A stretch of 63,166 nucleotides of DNA, the filler included, from Octopus bimaculoides (Eukaryota): the NCBI RefSeq assembly GCF_001194135.2. It is 4 parts of 3 records of this genome, joined end to end, with 100 filler letters (N's around TTAATTAATTAA, not from the genome) between each part and the next. Parts side by side here need not be neighbours in the genome. Positions count along the whole stretch, not along the records: positions 16,014 to 37,127 come from NC_068984.1; 3 more parts are not named here. One strand, given 5' to 3'. Below the pieces are notes generated by a model. That model did no database searches. It was not told the DNA's origin and worked only from the letters and a program-made list of their open reading frames with translations. Positions 20,925-32,463 of this stretch are shown piece by piece; position 1 is the stretch's first letter, and each line of letters opens with the position of its first letter. The translations under genes and the position numbers were made by a program.

Positions 20925-21740
20925 ATCTCTGCTTCTTTGCACGTCGTCAGTAGCAAGCGTCCACTGGCAACGGTATTTTAGGACAAAATACTGTTACTGA
21001 TATAGAAAAACAGTTACCGAAAAATCACTGATGTCGCAATTAGTCGGCATAAAAATCCAAGTGCCACAGAAGCAGTATTAGTTTAAAATAACTATGTGTA
21101 TATCATACTTAAAGCAGATAAGCAGATAAGCAGATAAGTCGTTGAAAGCCTGGTTTACTGCAGTAATCGTCCAGGGGTAATATTTCTTATAGGCGTACAA
21201 TGTTTGGAACATTAAAATATATTAATAGCAAACGAAAATCGTTGCCAGTGGATACTTGCTACTGACGAACCGTAAAGAGGTAGAAATGCTAAGTTAGCAA
21301 ATTCAACACCGCAACGGGACGATTTTCGTCTACAACTGAGATATTTCAGTGTTTTCTTTAACATTTCACGTCTATAAGAAATATTATCTCAGCAGGAACA
21401 CCGCAGTAAATTTGGTTTTAAACGATGTATCTACCTTAAGTATAATACATAAATTATTATGTTAATACGATACTGCTTCTGTTGCACAGAACGAAATTTT
21501 ATTCAATCTGCCGGCAAATTACGACATCAATGATTTTTTCAATCACTGTTTTATTATCTCAGTAACGGTGGATTTCGTCTAAGCATGCGGTTGCCAGTAC
21601 ATACTTGCTACTGACGAAACACAAAAAGGCAAAAATGTGCATCTAGCAATACCACTACTGCTTCTGGACGATTTTCGTTCGCTACTGATGTATTTCTGTC
21701 TTTTGACATTGTACGTCTATAAAAGATATTAACACAAGAC
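20919..21740. mobile_element. Penelope/retrozyme-like remnant: one inverted and two tandem units, each with a decayed hammerhead motif
   Basis: GTTGCCAGT...CTTGCTA-CTGACGA-N14-G(A/G)AA-TGCGCATC-TAGCAA consensus at 20919-20971 (-), 21241 (+) and 21590 (+); direct units are 349 bp apart. Confidence 0.5.
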
Positions 21741-21949
21741 GAATGATGCAATAAACTTGGCTTTTTTAAGTACGATTCACTGGTGGCTATTTTAAACAAA
21801 AACTGCTTTTGTCGCATCCATCGAGGGATCGATAAAAAAAAAGTGCCAGTCAAGTACTGAGGTCGATAGTATCGACTAATCACCTTCTCTCAAAATTATT
21901 GGTCTTTTGTACCTAAATCAGTAATCTTTGTTAGTATCACAAGAGATAT

Positions 21950-21950
21950 C

Positions 21951-22028
<78 letters not shown>

Positions 22029-22044
22029 GGTGGTGGTGATGGTG

Positions 22045-22080
<36 letters not shown>

Positions 22081-22081
22081 G
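21950..22081. repeat. (AGT)n-(GGT)n-(AGT)n microsatellite
   Basis: Direct reading. Confidence 0.95.
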
Positions 22082-22497
22082 GTTTCTTTGAAATACATAA
22101 TTTTTGTCCACTCCCAGCAAATTACTCGGCAGACGACCGTTCGTTCCAATCATAACAAACACGTCTCCCAATTTTAATACGAGTTTACATTTCACTAGCA
22201 GTCAGCATTCATTAATGAAATTCAATTCAATTAATATTTGTTTCTAACAAATTATTTTTCTGAACTATTAATTTTCAACACATAAGAAAATGTCGGCACA
22301 AGTATGTATATGTGTATGTGCGTGTGTATGTGTGTGCGTATGTGTGTCCGCACGTGTGTGCTTATAGTTTATCTGGTAATCACAACGCTATTAATATACA
22401 CAAATTTTTCAAGGTGCATATTTCCATTTGTTTTTGCTTACATTTTATATTCACATATAGTTTTCTCCACTTATGTAGAAATTACTTTCACGCCTGT

Positions 22498-22546
<49 letters not shown>

Positions 22547-23686
22547 NNNNNNNNNNNNNNNNNNNNNNNNNNNNNNNNNNNNNNNNNNNNNNNNNNNNNN
22601 NNNNNNNNNNNNNNNNNNNNNNNNNNNNNNNNNNNNNNNNNNNNNNNNNNNNNNNNNNNNNNNNNNNNNNNNNNNNNNNNNNNNNNNNNNNNNNNNNNNN
22701 NNNNNNNNNNNNNNNNNNNNNNNNNNNNNNNNNNNNNNNNNNNNNNNNNNNNNNNNNNNNNNNNNNNNNNNNNNNNNNNNNNNNNNNNNNNNNNNNNNNN
22801 NNNNNNNNNNNNNNNNNNNNNNNNNNNNNNNNNNNNNNNNNNNNNNNNNNNNNNNNNNNNNNNNNNNNNNNNNNNNNNNNNNNNNNNNNNNNNNNNNNNN
22901 NNNNNNNNNNNNNNNNNNNNNNNNNNNNNNNNNNNNNNNNNNNNNNNNNNNNNNNNNNNNNNNNNNNNNNNNNNNNNNNNNNNNNNNNNNNNNNNNNNNN
23001 NNNNNNNNNNNNNNNNNNNNNNNNNNNNNNNNNNNNNNNNNNNNNNNNNNNNNNNNNNNNNNNNNNNNNNNNNNNNNNNNNNNNNNNNNNNNNNNNNNNN
23101 NNNNNNNNNNNNNNNNNNNNNNNNNNNNNNNNNNNNNNNNNNNNNNNNNNNNNNNNNNNNNNNNNNNNNNNNNNNNNNNNNNNNNNNNNNNNNNNNNNNN
23201 NNNNNNNNNNNNNNNNNNNNNNNNNNNNNNNNNNNNNNNNNNNNNNNNNNNNNNNNNNNNNNNNNNNNNNNNNNNNNNNNNNNNNNNNNNNNNNNNNNNN
23301 ATATATATATAATTGATGATGAAGCAAACGGAAGATTGATTTAGTACGAATTTTTAACAATTGGTGAATAAAGATTCGTACTAAATCTATTCTGTCTTCT
23401 GTTTCCTTAAACAATTATAAACTCAACAAATACTGCCGATTTCCTGACGTAGATCCAGTGAAAATTATATCGTTATTGTGCATGACATCAAGTAGCCCAA
23501 ACGGTGAATGTGCTTTAACCGAAACACTAATAGACATATACCCAAAATCCGAGTAGTTACATATGCGTAGTTACAGAACGTAGGCTCGAAACGTAAAAGA
23601 CTTTCCCATTCTTCTCGAGCGTTAAACTAATACACCTGCTTCTTATTCCTACGCCTAACTTCGTCTTTTGTTTTCTGTAAATTTGA

Positions 23687-23734
<48 letters not shown>

Positions 23735-23735
23735 T

Positions 23736-23794
23736 ACACCACGTAAATTTACCGATTTTCGACCCTTACTAGGATCTCATCAGAGGTGTGGTGT
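23736..23794 (-). ncRNA. Hammerhead-like motif, core and stem II intact, stems I/III imperfect
   Basis: Minus strand ACACCACACCU-CUGAUGA-GAUCC uaguaa GGGUC-GAAA-AUCG-GUA...GUGGUGU. Confidence 0.5.
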
Positions 23795-23965
23795 CTACAT
23801 CAGTTGACCAACCTAACAGAACCGAGAAACCAATCTGCTTATAATAAACATCAAATCATCAGAGAAATGGATACAATAAGTGTTTAACACTTTATTTAAT
23901 ATCAGTCAACGGGGAAACCCAGTCAACGAAGTATCAAAGTATGATATGATACATGTAAATCTTGT

Positions 23966-24346
23966 TTGTTGGCACTCCGTCGCTTACGACGACGAGGGTT
24001 CCAGTTGATCCGATCAACGGAACAGCCTGCTCGTGAAATTAACGTGCAAGTGACTGAGCACTCCACAGACACGCGTACCCTTAACGTAGTTCTCGGGGAT
24101 ATTCAGCGTGGCACAGTGTGACAAGGCTGACCCTTTGAATTATAGGCACAACAGAAACAGGAAGTAAGAGTGAGAGAAAGTTGTGGTGAAAGAGTACAGC
24201 AGGGTTCGCCACCATCTCCTGCCGGAGCCTCGTGGAGCTTTAGGTGTTTTCGCTCATAAACAATCACAACGCCCGGTCTGGGAATCGAAACCGCGATCCT
24301 ATGACTGCGAGTCCGCTGCCCTAACTACTGGGCCATTGCGCCTCCA
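23966..24346 (-). mobile_element. tRNA-derived SINE family C
   Basis: Minus-strand head TGGAGGCGCAATGGCCCAGT(A)GTTAGGGCAGCGGACTCGC...GGTTTCGATTCCCAGACC (A and B boxes); near-identical copies at 48232, 52188 and 59248. Confidence 0.9.
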
Positions 24347-24424
24347 CACATGTAAATCTACGTAGTAGACATAGAAATCTGGGCAAATTTACCTACTTCC
24401 CTCAGTAGATTGAAAGAATAATGA

Positions 24425-24500
24425 ATAGCCTTCATCGATTTTCAGAACTTATTGGTGAGGGTCTCATCAGAAACGTCTACATCATTTGACCAATCCCAAC
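24425..24500 (-). ncRNA. Decayed hammerhead-like motif, same family as 23736-23794
   Basis: Minus strand GGTCAAATGATGTAGACGTTT-CTGATGA-GACCC...GTTCT-GAAA-ATCGAT. Shares the upstream flank with the 23.7-kb copy; stem II is broken. Confidence 0.35.
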
Positions 24501-24813
24501 ATACGTGTGTGCGTGCAGCAAAATTTAGCGGACTAAGAGAGTAGAGACATGTCTGTTACTGCTCATAATCCATTAATGCGAAGGTATCCTGAGAACCATA
24601 TGTGCCAACGCACACGCGTGCGCGCGCTGCAGCACATTCAAATGCATATTTAAAAGTCTCAACTTTTCCATTTAACCTCTCAGCATAGAACCAATAAAGG
24701 AGCGTTAGTGAAGCTGCTAGACATACTAATGAAATCCCTTTACTTTTTAAAAGCAGCGTGGTATGATATGAGAGATATTTGGTTACTATTTGAAGTAGGA
24801 TGAACGAACTCAC

Positions 24814-24920
24814 AGATGCTAGTTTAAGTCTGTAATTTCTAAACGTGTGCATTTTAGCTTCGCCTTCACAAGCCGGAAGTAACTGTAAAAAGAATAACAC
24901 GCAGTAGCCGGAAGTAACTG
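24814..24920 (-). promoter_or_regulatory. Tandem ETS-type motifs with a possible minus-strand first exon
   Basis: AGCCGGAAGTAACTG at 24871-24885 and 24906-24920. ATG at 24852 gives MHTFRNYRLKLAS followed by the donor |GTGAGT. Confidence 0.3.
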
Positions 24921-25239
24921 CGCATAAAATAACATGCAACTGCATTCTGTTTTCTTTTTGCTGTATTAATTTTAATTAGACAAATGAGAGCCATTTGAAA
25001 AATTCGCTATCTCGAACAGTAGGAGTTCAAGTTTCTTTTATCTCATATAACGAAGGGAATTGTCTCATCAACGCCAACTATCTGTAGATGAATTTGCGAT
25101 TCTCTAAGAGAAGCCCTTGCGTACTTTCAAGCTGCTATCTTTTGTTTTTCTCTCTTTGATAAGCCGTTCTTGTTAACCTGTCTATTAATACCAAACAAAA
25201 TTGATATCTTGGGTTTTATCGTCTATCTTTTATCTTTTA

Positions 25240-25430
25240 CATAATTCCGTCATCAGACAACGGCCACGCTGGGAAAACCGCCGTAAAGGGTTTTACACAA
25301 ATAGATAAACTCATCCACCCCACTACTTATTTCTTAATTCTGGCTCTTTGCCGAACCACTAAGTTACAGGGACGTAAACAAGCCAACACCGGTTGTCAAG
25401 CAGTGCTGTGAGACAAACATAAACACAAAG
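25240..25430 (-). mobile_element. SINE family B 3' part
   Basis: CTCTTTGCCGAACCACTAAGTTACAGGGACGTAAACAAGCCAACACCGGTTGTCAAGC. Confidence 0.75.
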
Positions 25431-25465
25431 TCACATATATATATATACGTATATATATACATACG

Positions 25466-25508
<43 letters not shown>

Positions 25509-25933
25509 NNNNNNNNNNNNNNNNNNNNNNNNNNNNNNNNNNNNNNNNNNNNNNNNNNNNNNNNNNNNNNNNNNNNNNNNNNNNNNNNNNNNNNNNNNNN
25601 NNNNNNNNNNNNNNNNNNNNNNNNNNNNNNNNNNNNNNNNNNNNNNNNNNNNNNNNNNNNNNNNNNNNNNNNNNNNNNNNNNNNNNNNNNNNNNNNNNNN
25701 NNNNNNNNNNNNNNNNNNNNNNNNNNNNNNNNNNNNNNNNNNNNNNNNNNNNNNNNNNNNNNNNNNNNNNNNNNNNNNNNNNNNNNNNNNNNNNNNNNNN
25801 NNNNNNNNNNNNNNNNNNNNNNNNNNNNNNNNNNNNNNNNNNNNNNNNNNNNNNNNNNNNNNNNNNNNNNNNNNNNNNNNNNNNNNNNNNNNNNNNCTGC
25901 AGCCGAAAGAGAAATTACTGCTAAATCATAGAC

Positions 25934-26283
25934 CAGGGGTTCTCAACCGGGTTCTATATGGCCCCTGAAGATCCATGTAACATTTTGGGGGCCCACGCAA
26001 CAAAATAGTAAAGTGGGGATCCATAGTAGTATTTCAAGGGACCCTGAAAAAATTTTCCTTTAGATGTTTGTGTTAGTGTATATTGCAAGAAAGAGTTAGG
26101 TTTCTTTCTCTAACATTTTGCTTAGTTCAACCTACACAAGTGAATGTGTGGAAAAACAAAATAGGAATTTTGAAAGAAATTTCTATAAAACTAGTTTTTA
26201 AACATCGAATGGCTACGGGGGTCCACCAGAATAAAATAGTAATCGAAGGGGTCCATAGATAAAACCATGGTTGAGAACCCCCG
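25934..26283. mobile_element. hAT (Charlie-like) MITE with a perfect 8-bp TSD
   Basis: TIR CAGGGGTTCTCAACC / GGTTGAGAACCCCCG; TSD TCATAGAC at 25926-25933 and 26284-26291 (central TA). Confidence 0.93.
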
Positions 26284-26399
26284 TCATAGACAATCAAACT
26301 GGAACATTTATGATAGCACATACGTGCATACATTCATATTAGTCACACTTACATGGATATGCATTTATACATGTATTTACACACGTGTGTGTGTGTGTG

Positions 26400-26630
26400 T
26401 GTATGTGTGTGTGTGTGTGTTTTCATTCCCTCGCCGCTTGATAACTGGTGTTTGTTTGTTTACGTCACTGTAGCTTAACAGTTCGGCAAAAGAGAGCGGG
26501 AGAATAAGTACAAGACTTGCAGTAAAAAGAAAATAAACTACTGGAGTCGATTCTTTCGACTTAAACCCTTTAGGCTAGTGCTCCAGTATGACTGCAGTCC
26601 GTTGACTGAACCAAGTAAAAGATGAAAGAA
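26400..26630 (+). mobile_element. SINE family B 3' part
   Basis: GCTTGATAACTGGTGTTTGTTTGTTTACGTCACTGTAGCTTAACAGTTCGGCAAAAGAG...GACTGAACCAAGTAAAAGA. Confidence 0.75.
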
Positions 26631-27044
26631 AAGATTTCACAGATCAGTTTTATTAATTAATTTCTATGGTTTTTATTCATTATTCTTCGCTATTTTCGTT
26701 TACTATTTTTATCTAATGCTTTCTAGCAATTTTCACAACTATTTTAGTTTCTTATTCCACACGCTATCTTCTCTATTATCTCAAGGCATTATCGTCATTG
26801 TTACATGTTACGCCAGACTGTCTATTCAGACTGTAGTTTGTGTGTGCTTATACAACAACATTACGTATGCAAGCATGGCTGAGTGGTTAAATATTTGGTT
26901 TCGCAATTATAAGGCCTGGATGCTGTCCTACTGAGTAGCATCTTCAGCTTCTAGCATAGATATTCTACCATAGCCTCCGATCGACCCCAAGACCTAACAT
27001 ACTTAGTGTAGTGAGCCAAACAAACAAAAAAAATGTAGTTTTAA

Positions 27045-28348
27045 TCTATATATATATAAAAATGAGAATGTGTGTGTGTCTGTCTGTCTGTCTGTCTGTG
27101 TGAATCCCTAAAACTCGAGAACTACGCNNNNNNNNNNNNNNNNNNNNNNNNNNNNNNNNNNNNNNNNNNNNNNNNNNNNNNNNNNNNNNNNNNNNNNNNN
27201 NNNNNNNNNNNNNNNNNNNNNNNNNNNNNNNNNNNNNNNNNNNNNNNNNNNNNNNNNNNNNNNNNNNNNNNNNNNNNNNNNNNNNNNNNNNNNNNNNNNN
27301 NNNNNNNNNNNNNNNNNNNNNNNNNNNNNNNNNNNNNNNNNNNNNNNNNNNNNNNNNNNNNNNNNNNNNNNNNNNNNNNNNNNNNNNNNNNNNNNNNNNN
27401 NNNNNNNNNNNNNNNNNNNNNNNNNNNNNNNNNNNNNNNNNNNNNNNNNNNNNNNNNNNNNNNNNNNNNNNNNNNNNNNNNNNNNNNNNNNNNNNNNNNN
27501 NNNNNNNNNNNNNNNNNNNNNNNNNNNNNNNNNNNNNNNNNNNNNNNNNNNNNNNNNNNNNNNNNNNNNNNNNNNNNNNNNNNNNNNNNNNNNNNNNNNN
27601 NNNNNNNNNNNNNNNNNNNNNNNNNNNNNNNNNNNNNNNNNNNNNNNNNNNNNNNNNNNNNNNNNNNNNNNNNNNNNNNNNNNNNNNNNNNNNNNNNNNN
27701 NNNNNNNNNNNNNNNNNNNNNNNNNNNNNNNNNNNNNNNNNNNNNNNNNNNNNNNNNNNNNNNNNNNNNNNNNNNNNNNNNNNNNNNNNNNNNNNNNNNN
27801 NNNNNNNNNNNNNNNNNNNNNNNNNNNNNNNNNNNNNNNNNNNNNNNNNNNNNNNNNNNNNNNNNNNNNNNNNNNNNNNNNNNNNNNNNNNNNNNNNNNN
27901 NNNNNNNNNNNNNNNNNNNNNNNNNNNNNNNNNNNNNNNNNNNNNNNNNNNNNNNNNNNNNNNNNNNNNNNNNNNNNNNNNNNNNNTTACATTGTTATTT
28001 CTGCAATGTGGTGCATAAATTGTCAAGTAAATGAGACGCATCTTTGCCTCCACTGATTCACTTGCAAAGTGTTGAGTAAAATTATTTCGTTGCAGACCTC
28101 CTTTGGGTCTTTTTATTATCACTGCGACACACATAGTCCCCAGTTGGTAACATTGATTTCAAGGCCCTCCTAGATGAGAGACTGGCATTCCACTTAATGT
28201 CTATGTTCCATGCTGGCATGGATTGGAGAGTTATTAATGTAGAAATATGGTATCGTAGCTACTAACAGTTGAGGGTTGCGTAGTCTAGACGGCGTTTTTA
28301 GATTTCATTATTCTCTTTAACCCGGGCAAAGCCGGGTATTTCTGCTAG
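27045..28348 (+). mobile_element. Non-autonomous Helitron-like element (interior mostly N gap)
   Basis: A|TCTATATATATATAAAAATGAG... 5' end; 3' hairpin ACCCGG-GCAAAG-CCGGGT then ATTTCTG-CTAG|T. Confidence 0.8.
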
Positions 28349-29019
28349 TTATTTATATTACCTTCGTAGTGAAGAGAGAAAATATTAGTGTTAATGGTAA
28401 TTCTTGTTAAGACAGATCAAGGAGACAACTTCTCGGACCAAATTGATTAAAGATTTATTGGGAACAGTAGTAAAGACTCAGTCTAATATTTGGTAGGTAC
28501 AGGAACAAATTTAAACAGGTGTCGGTGTTATTAAACCACTTCAGTGAAGCATAGTCTTACCCATTCTTAGTAGACTTTTATATGACAGAGAGACTAAAGA
28601 TCTTTAGAACATTCGTTGATTAAGTAATTTAAAACAATTTTTATGAAAAAGGCATCTTCGAAAAAAACTTCCCAATGTCATTATTTTAAATTTCCAAATT
28701 TTTATCTCCACAGTAATCCTAAGAACTAGTAGAAAGGAATGAGACCATGTTTTACTGAGGAGCTTTAATAAGACCGAAATATGTTCGAAGTCATCAACGT
28801 CTTTACGAAATACCAGACCCACTCTTCGATGCATGTCGCTATTCAGAATTTCATCGATCTGGATTTTACATTAATAGTCATACTCATTATACATTCGGTG
28901 TGCACATACTATTTTCACAGGACAAAAACTGTGCTCAACATAAGATTTTTACCAATCTTATTCGTTAAACAACGAAAAAAAAACACAACCACTAATCATA
29001 TCAAGAAAGTATCACATAC

Positions 29020-29163
29020 CTCTATTTTAATCATGAACAGCACACAAATACAGCCTTCACTATCAATTCTAATGCGCGGCCTCACTATCACCGAGGGAGT
29101 TTTCCGGCAAAAGCATAATCTCAACAGAGTTAGGACAGCATCCCAGAGACTGTCCCTTCTCTT
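29020..29163 (-). CDS. Candidate 144-nt exon (open frame, phase 0-0), unidentified
   Basis: Acceptor TATTTTCTGGCTCAG| and strong donor GAG|GTATGT; KRRDSLWDAVLTLLRLCFCRKTPSVIVRPRIRIDSEGCICVLFMIKIE. Confidence 0.22.
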
Positions 29164-29414
29164 CTGAGCCAGAAAATACTTATTCCCACAATAATTACTA
29201 ATACTCTACAAAGCGCAAATGATGTTCACAGTGAAGTATTACTCCGTTATCTGGGACGCTGCTGCTGCTGCTGCTGCTGCTGCTGTCGTTACTACTGCTT
29301 ACTGTTACATCAAAGACATTACATGCGATTCCTTGTACGTCGAGCAACTACGTAGAGGTTCTCGCGAAGATTTTCTCGTTGACTCGTAGTTGCTGTTGTG
29401 GTTTTACTATCACA

Positions 29415-29705
29415 TTTACCATTAGTCATTAGGGTGTTTCATTCACGATCACAAGATCGTGGTTTCAATTCCCAGACCGGATGATGTGTTGTGTTCTTGA
29501 GCAAAACACTTTATTTCACGTTGCCCTGCAATCACTTCGACATCTGACAACGTGGCACACCGGGCAGCTTGTACTGTCAATGTCGATTTGATGGAGGGAG
29601 TGAGCTAATGGGCAGCACAAACATTTCATCTTTATAAACAGATCATCTGTGCAGGTTGTTCAGCAAGAAACTGCGTAACCCTCATCTGTCTTCTACGATA
29701 GGAAA
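29415..29705 (+). mobile_element. tRNA-derived SINE family D
   Basis: B-box-like GGTTTCAATTCCCAGACC followed by TGTGTTCTTGAGCAAAACACTTTATTTCAC. Confidence 0.6.
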
Positions 29706-29959
29706 GTTCACAATATCAGTATATAACTGATGGTAGGACAACGCAGTAAAAGAATAAGGCATTGAAAAAGTGAGTGGGAAGTGCAAGACATTCCTGTCTG
29801 GCTGTGACTCAACCAAAACGTGACAGCTGCATTAGTATCTGATGGTTTACTGGATAGAGCAGAGACGACGAGGCGCACTGTTCTATTTCGTCATCAACCA
29901 TCTTACCTTTAACCCTAAAACTCTAAATATTATCCTGTATCCTTGACATGATAATGGTT

Positions 29960-30165
29960 TCAAATTTTGGCATAAGGCCAGTAATTTTAAGGGAGAAGGT
30001 AAGCCGATTACATCAACTCTAGTGTTCGACTGGTATTCTATTTAATCAACCCCAAAAGGATGGAAGTCAAAGTCGACTTCGGCGAAATCTGAAAATAAAA
30101 ACCCAGAAAAATGCCGCTAAGCATTTTATCCAACTCGGAAATTATTCTGCCAGTTCGCCGCTTAG
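29960..30165 (-). mobile_element. SINE family A
   Basis: AAATTTTGGCATAAGGCCAG...AAAGTCGACTTCGGCG...ATTCTGCCAGTTCGCCGC. Confidence 0.85.
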
Positions 30166-30807
30166 TCATGATAATATTATTTAACCATACCTCCTAATCA
30201 TAATGAAGTAATTTTCATCCTAGTGTAAATCTATCATCGTAGTATAGGCAGACTGAGCTGGATCACACCGGTTCGCACAAACCAGTTGTTAAAACGTTTT
30301 TTTGTTTTTCTTTTAATCTTTTTTAAAAACTCTTTTTAATCAGATAAAGGAGACAACTCCTTGGTCCAAATTGATTAAAAATTTATTGGGGGAAGCGGTA
30401 GAAAGTCAATCCACACCCTTGTTTAATCGTACTCGGCTATTGGGGAATCCATCGTGAAGATTGCTCTACTGCTTTCTATTCACAAAGAAGAGCAGACGGC
30501 GAGATACGGTTGTTAACTTTCGAGGTAAGTATTTTTAACGTCAGCCTTTTCCCAGTAAATACATTTACCATAATTTTTTGCCGGGGCTATTTTCGCTGTA
30601 AACATTTTTGGAGTAAGAATTTTTGCTATTAGATATCGTTGTTGTTAGTTATATTTAAAAATACAACAAAAGTATCATGTTTGGGTATACAATGTAGTTC
30701 ATAGTCTACTTGTTAGGTAATAACGTACCTTATTTATCTTTTACGTTTTACTTGTTTCAGTCATTGAACTGCGGCCATGCTAGAGCATGACCTTCAAGGG
30801 TTTTGTT

Positions 30808-31061
30808 CAGTGGTTCTTAACCGGGTTCATATGACCCTTAGGAATCTATATACGAGATTTTGTTGTTAAAGTTTGTGTAATGAATTGGTTATATTTCCAC
30901 AGTACACCAAATATTTCAACATTTGTTTTATACAATTCCTAATAGTGTATGATAATATAAATGTAATCGGATCTTATTAAATATCGGGAGACTAAGAGGA
31001 TCCACCTGAGTAAAACAGAAATCAAAGGGGTCCATAGGGAAAAGGTGGTTGAGAACCACTG
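30808..31061. mobile_element. hAT MITE inserted into a SINE B 3' fragment
   Basis: TIR CAGTGGTTCTTAACC / GGTTGAGAACCACTG; degraded TSD GTTTTGTT / ATTTAGTT; interior similar to 25934-26283. Confidence 0.85.
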
Positions 31062-31273
31062 ATTTAGTTGAACAAATCAACCCCAGTAGTTATGTTGTTT
31101 TGTTTTGTTTATGTTTTTTTGTTTTTTTTAAATCTGGCTCTTATTCTATTTATCTCTTTTTCAGAACTGCTATCTGACGGGGACGTGAACAAACTAAGAC
31201 CGATTGCCAATACATAGATGCATACATGTAGATAGATAGATATAGATATAAAAAAAGGTAACTGTGACTGTAA

Positions 31274-31308
<35 letters not shown>

Positions 31309-31419
31309 TGAGTGAGTGAGTGAGTGAGTGAGTGAATGCTTNNNNNNNNNNAGTGAGTGAGTGAGTGAGTGAGTGAGTGAATGCTTATATATATATATAT
31401 ATATATATATACGATGTGA

Positions 31420-31830
31420 TGTAACGGTTAGAAAGCCGGTGGTACGTCGGAGTTACCAAGTGTAATAGTTGTATTACGTACAGGTCACCAAATGTTACGG
31501 TTGTTTGGCAAATGTGGAGAGAGAGCACCAGATGTAATGGTATAATTGGCACTGGTAATAAGCTAGGAGTTTGGCTACGTATAGCATGTTGGGAAGGCTG
31601 CATGTTGGTAATTTCAGGATTCTTGAAGTAAACTGTCGGAAGAAATAGTTCATGTTTAACATAGCTTTTATTTAACCGTTACTAAGTTCATCGCAACTGC
31701 TGAAGGAAAAGAGAGAAAGAAAGAAAAGAGAGATAGAAAGAAAGAGAGATATATTAACTCTCTGACAGTTACCGAGTGAAGAGGAAAAGAGACGTCAACT
31801 CTGACAATTGCCGAATGGAGAAAGGATTCT
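31420..31830 (-). mobile_element. Putative LTR-like fragment, same family as 12807-13239
   Basis: Begins TGTAACGGT on + (ACCGTTACA end on the minus strand); contains TTTATTTAACCGTTACT. Confidence 0.35.
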
Positions 31831-32063
31831 ACAGGTCAACGGTTCCTAACCTTCTTTTGCACTATTGGCAAGTTTCATGCAAGACAAATTTTCCACGGAG
31901 CGAGAAGACGCACTTAACAAAACAATAAAATGCATAGTACATAATTTGATTATTACATATATAATGCAAATGTAATTATTACAATGTTTACTATGCACTT
32001 TATTTCTACTATTATTACATTGTTATAAGTATATATATATACACTTATATATATATAATATAG

Positions 32064-32375
32064 GCCAAGAGTGATAAAAATCAAACATCCGGTCAGCATC
32101 ATGATGTTTGGAGTGATCACTAGTGATGGCGACGTTCGGTCTCCATTCATCTTCCTACACAGCCTCAGACTCAACACGGAGGCCTACATCAAGAGCCTGG
32201 AGCAGTTAGTGCTGCCCTGGGTCAAGAAGGTGGCTGTTGAAAGACCCTGTGTCTGGCAGCAGGACTCTGTACCATGCCACACAAGCAGGAGAACTCAGTC
32301 ATGGCTGTCCGATTATTTCTGCGACCACATCACTCCTAGCATCTGGTCTGGCCACTTAACTCCCCACACTGCAAC
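32064..32375 (+). pseudogene. maT/DD37D-like (Tc1/mariner superfamily) transposase, C-terminal half
   Basis: RVIKIKHPVSIMMFGVITSDG...VWQQDSVPCHTSRRTQSWLSDYFCDHITPSIW..NSP.CN; truncated before the third D. Confidence 0.85.
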
Positions 32376-32438
<63 letters not shown>

Positions 32439-32463
32439 CGTGTGCGTGTGTGTNNNNNNNNNN

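Noticed and set aside
24270-24346. tRNA-like A/B boxes in SINE heads (also 48.5, 52.5, 59.5 kb and the family A/B heads)
   Set aside because: No complete cloverleaf; each continues into a SINE body. Not called as tRNA genes.
24556-24945. 129-aa minus-strand ORF and other 100-200 aa AT-rich ORFs (4999-5499, 2936-3523, 38572-39021)
   Set aside because: No recognisable domains; they run through microsatellites or are antisense to TE frames.
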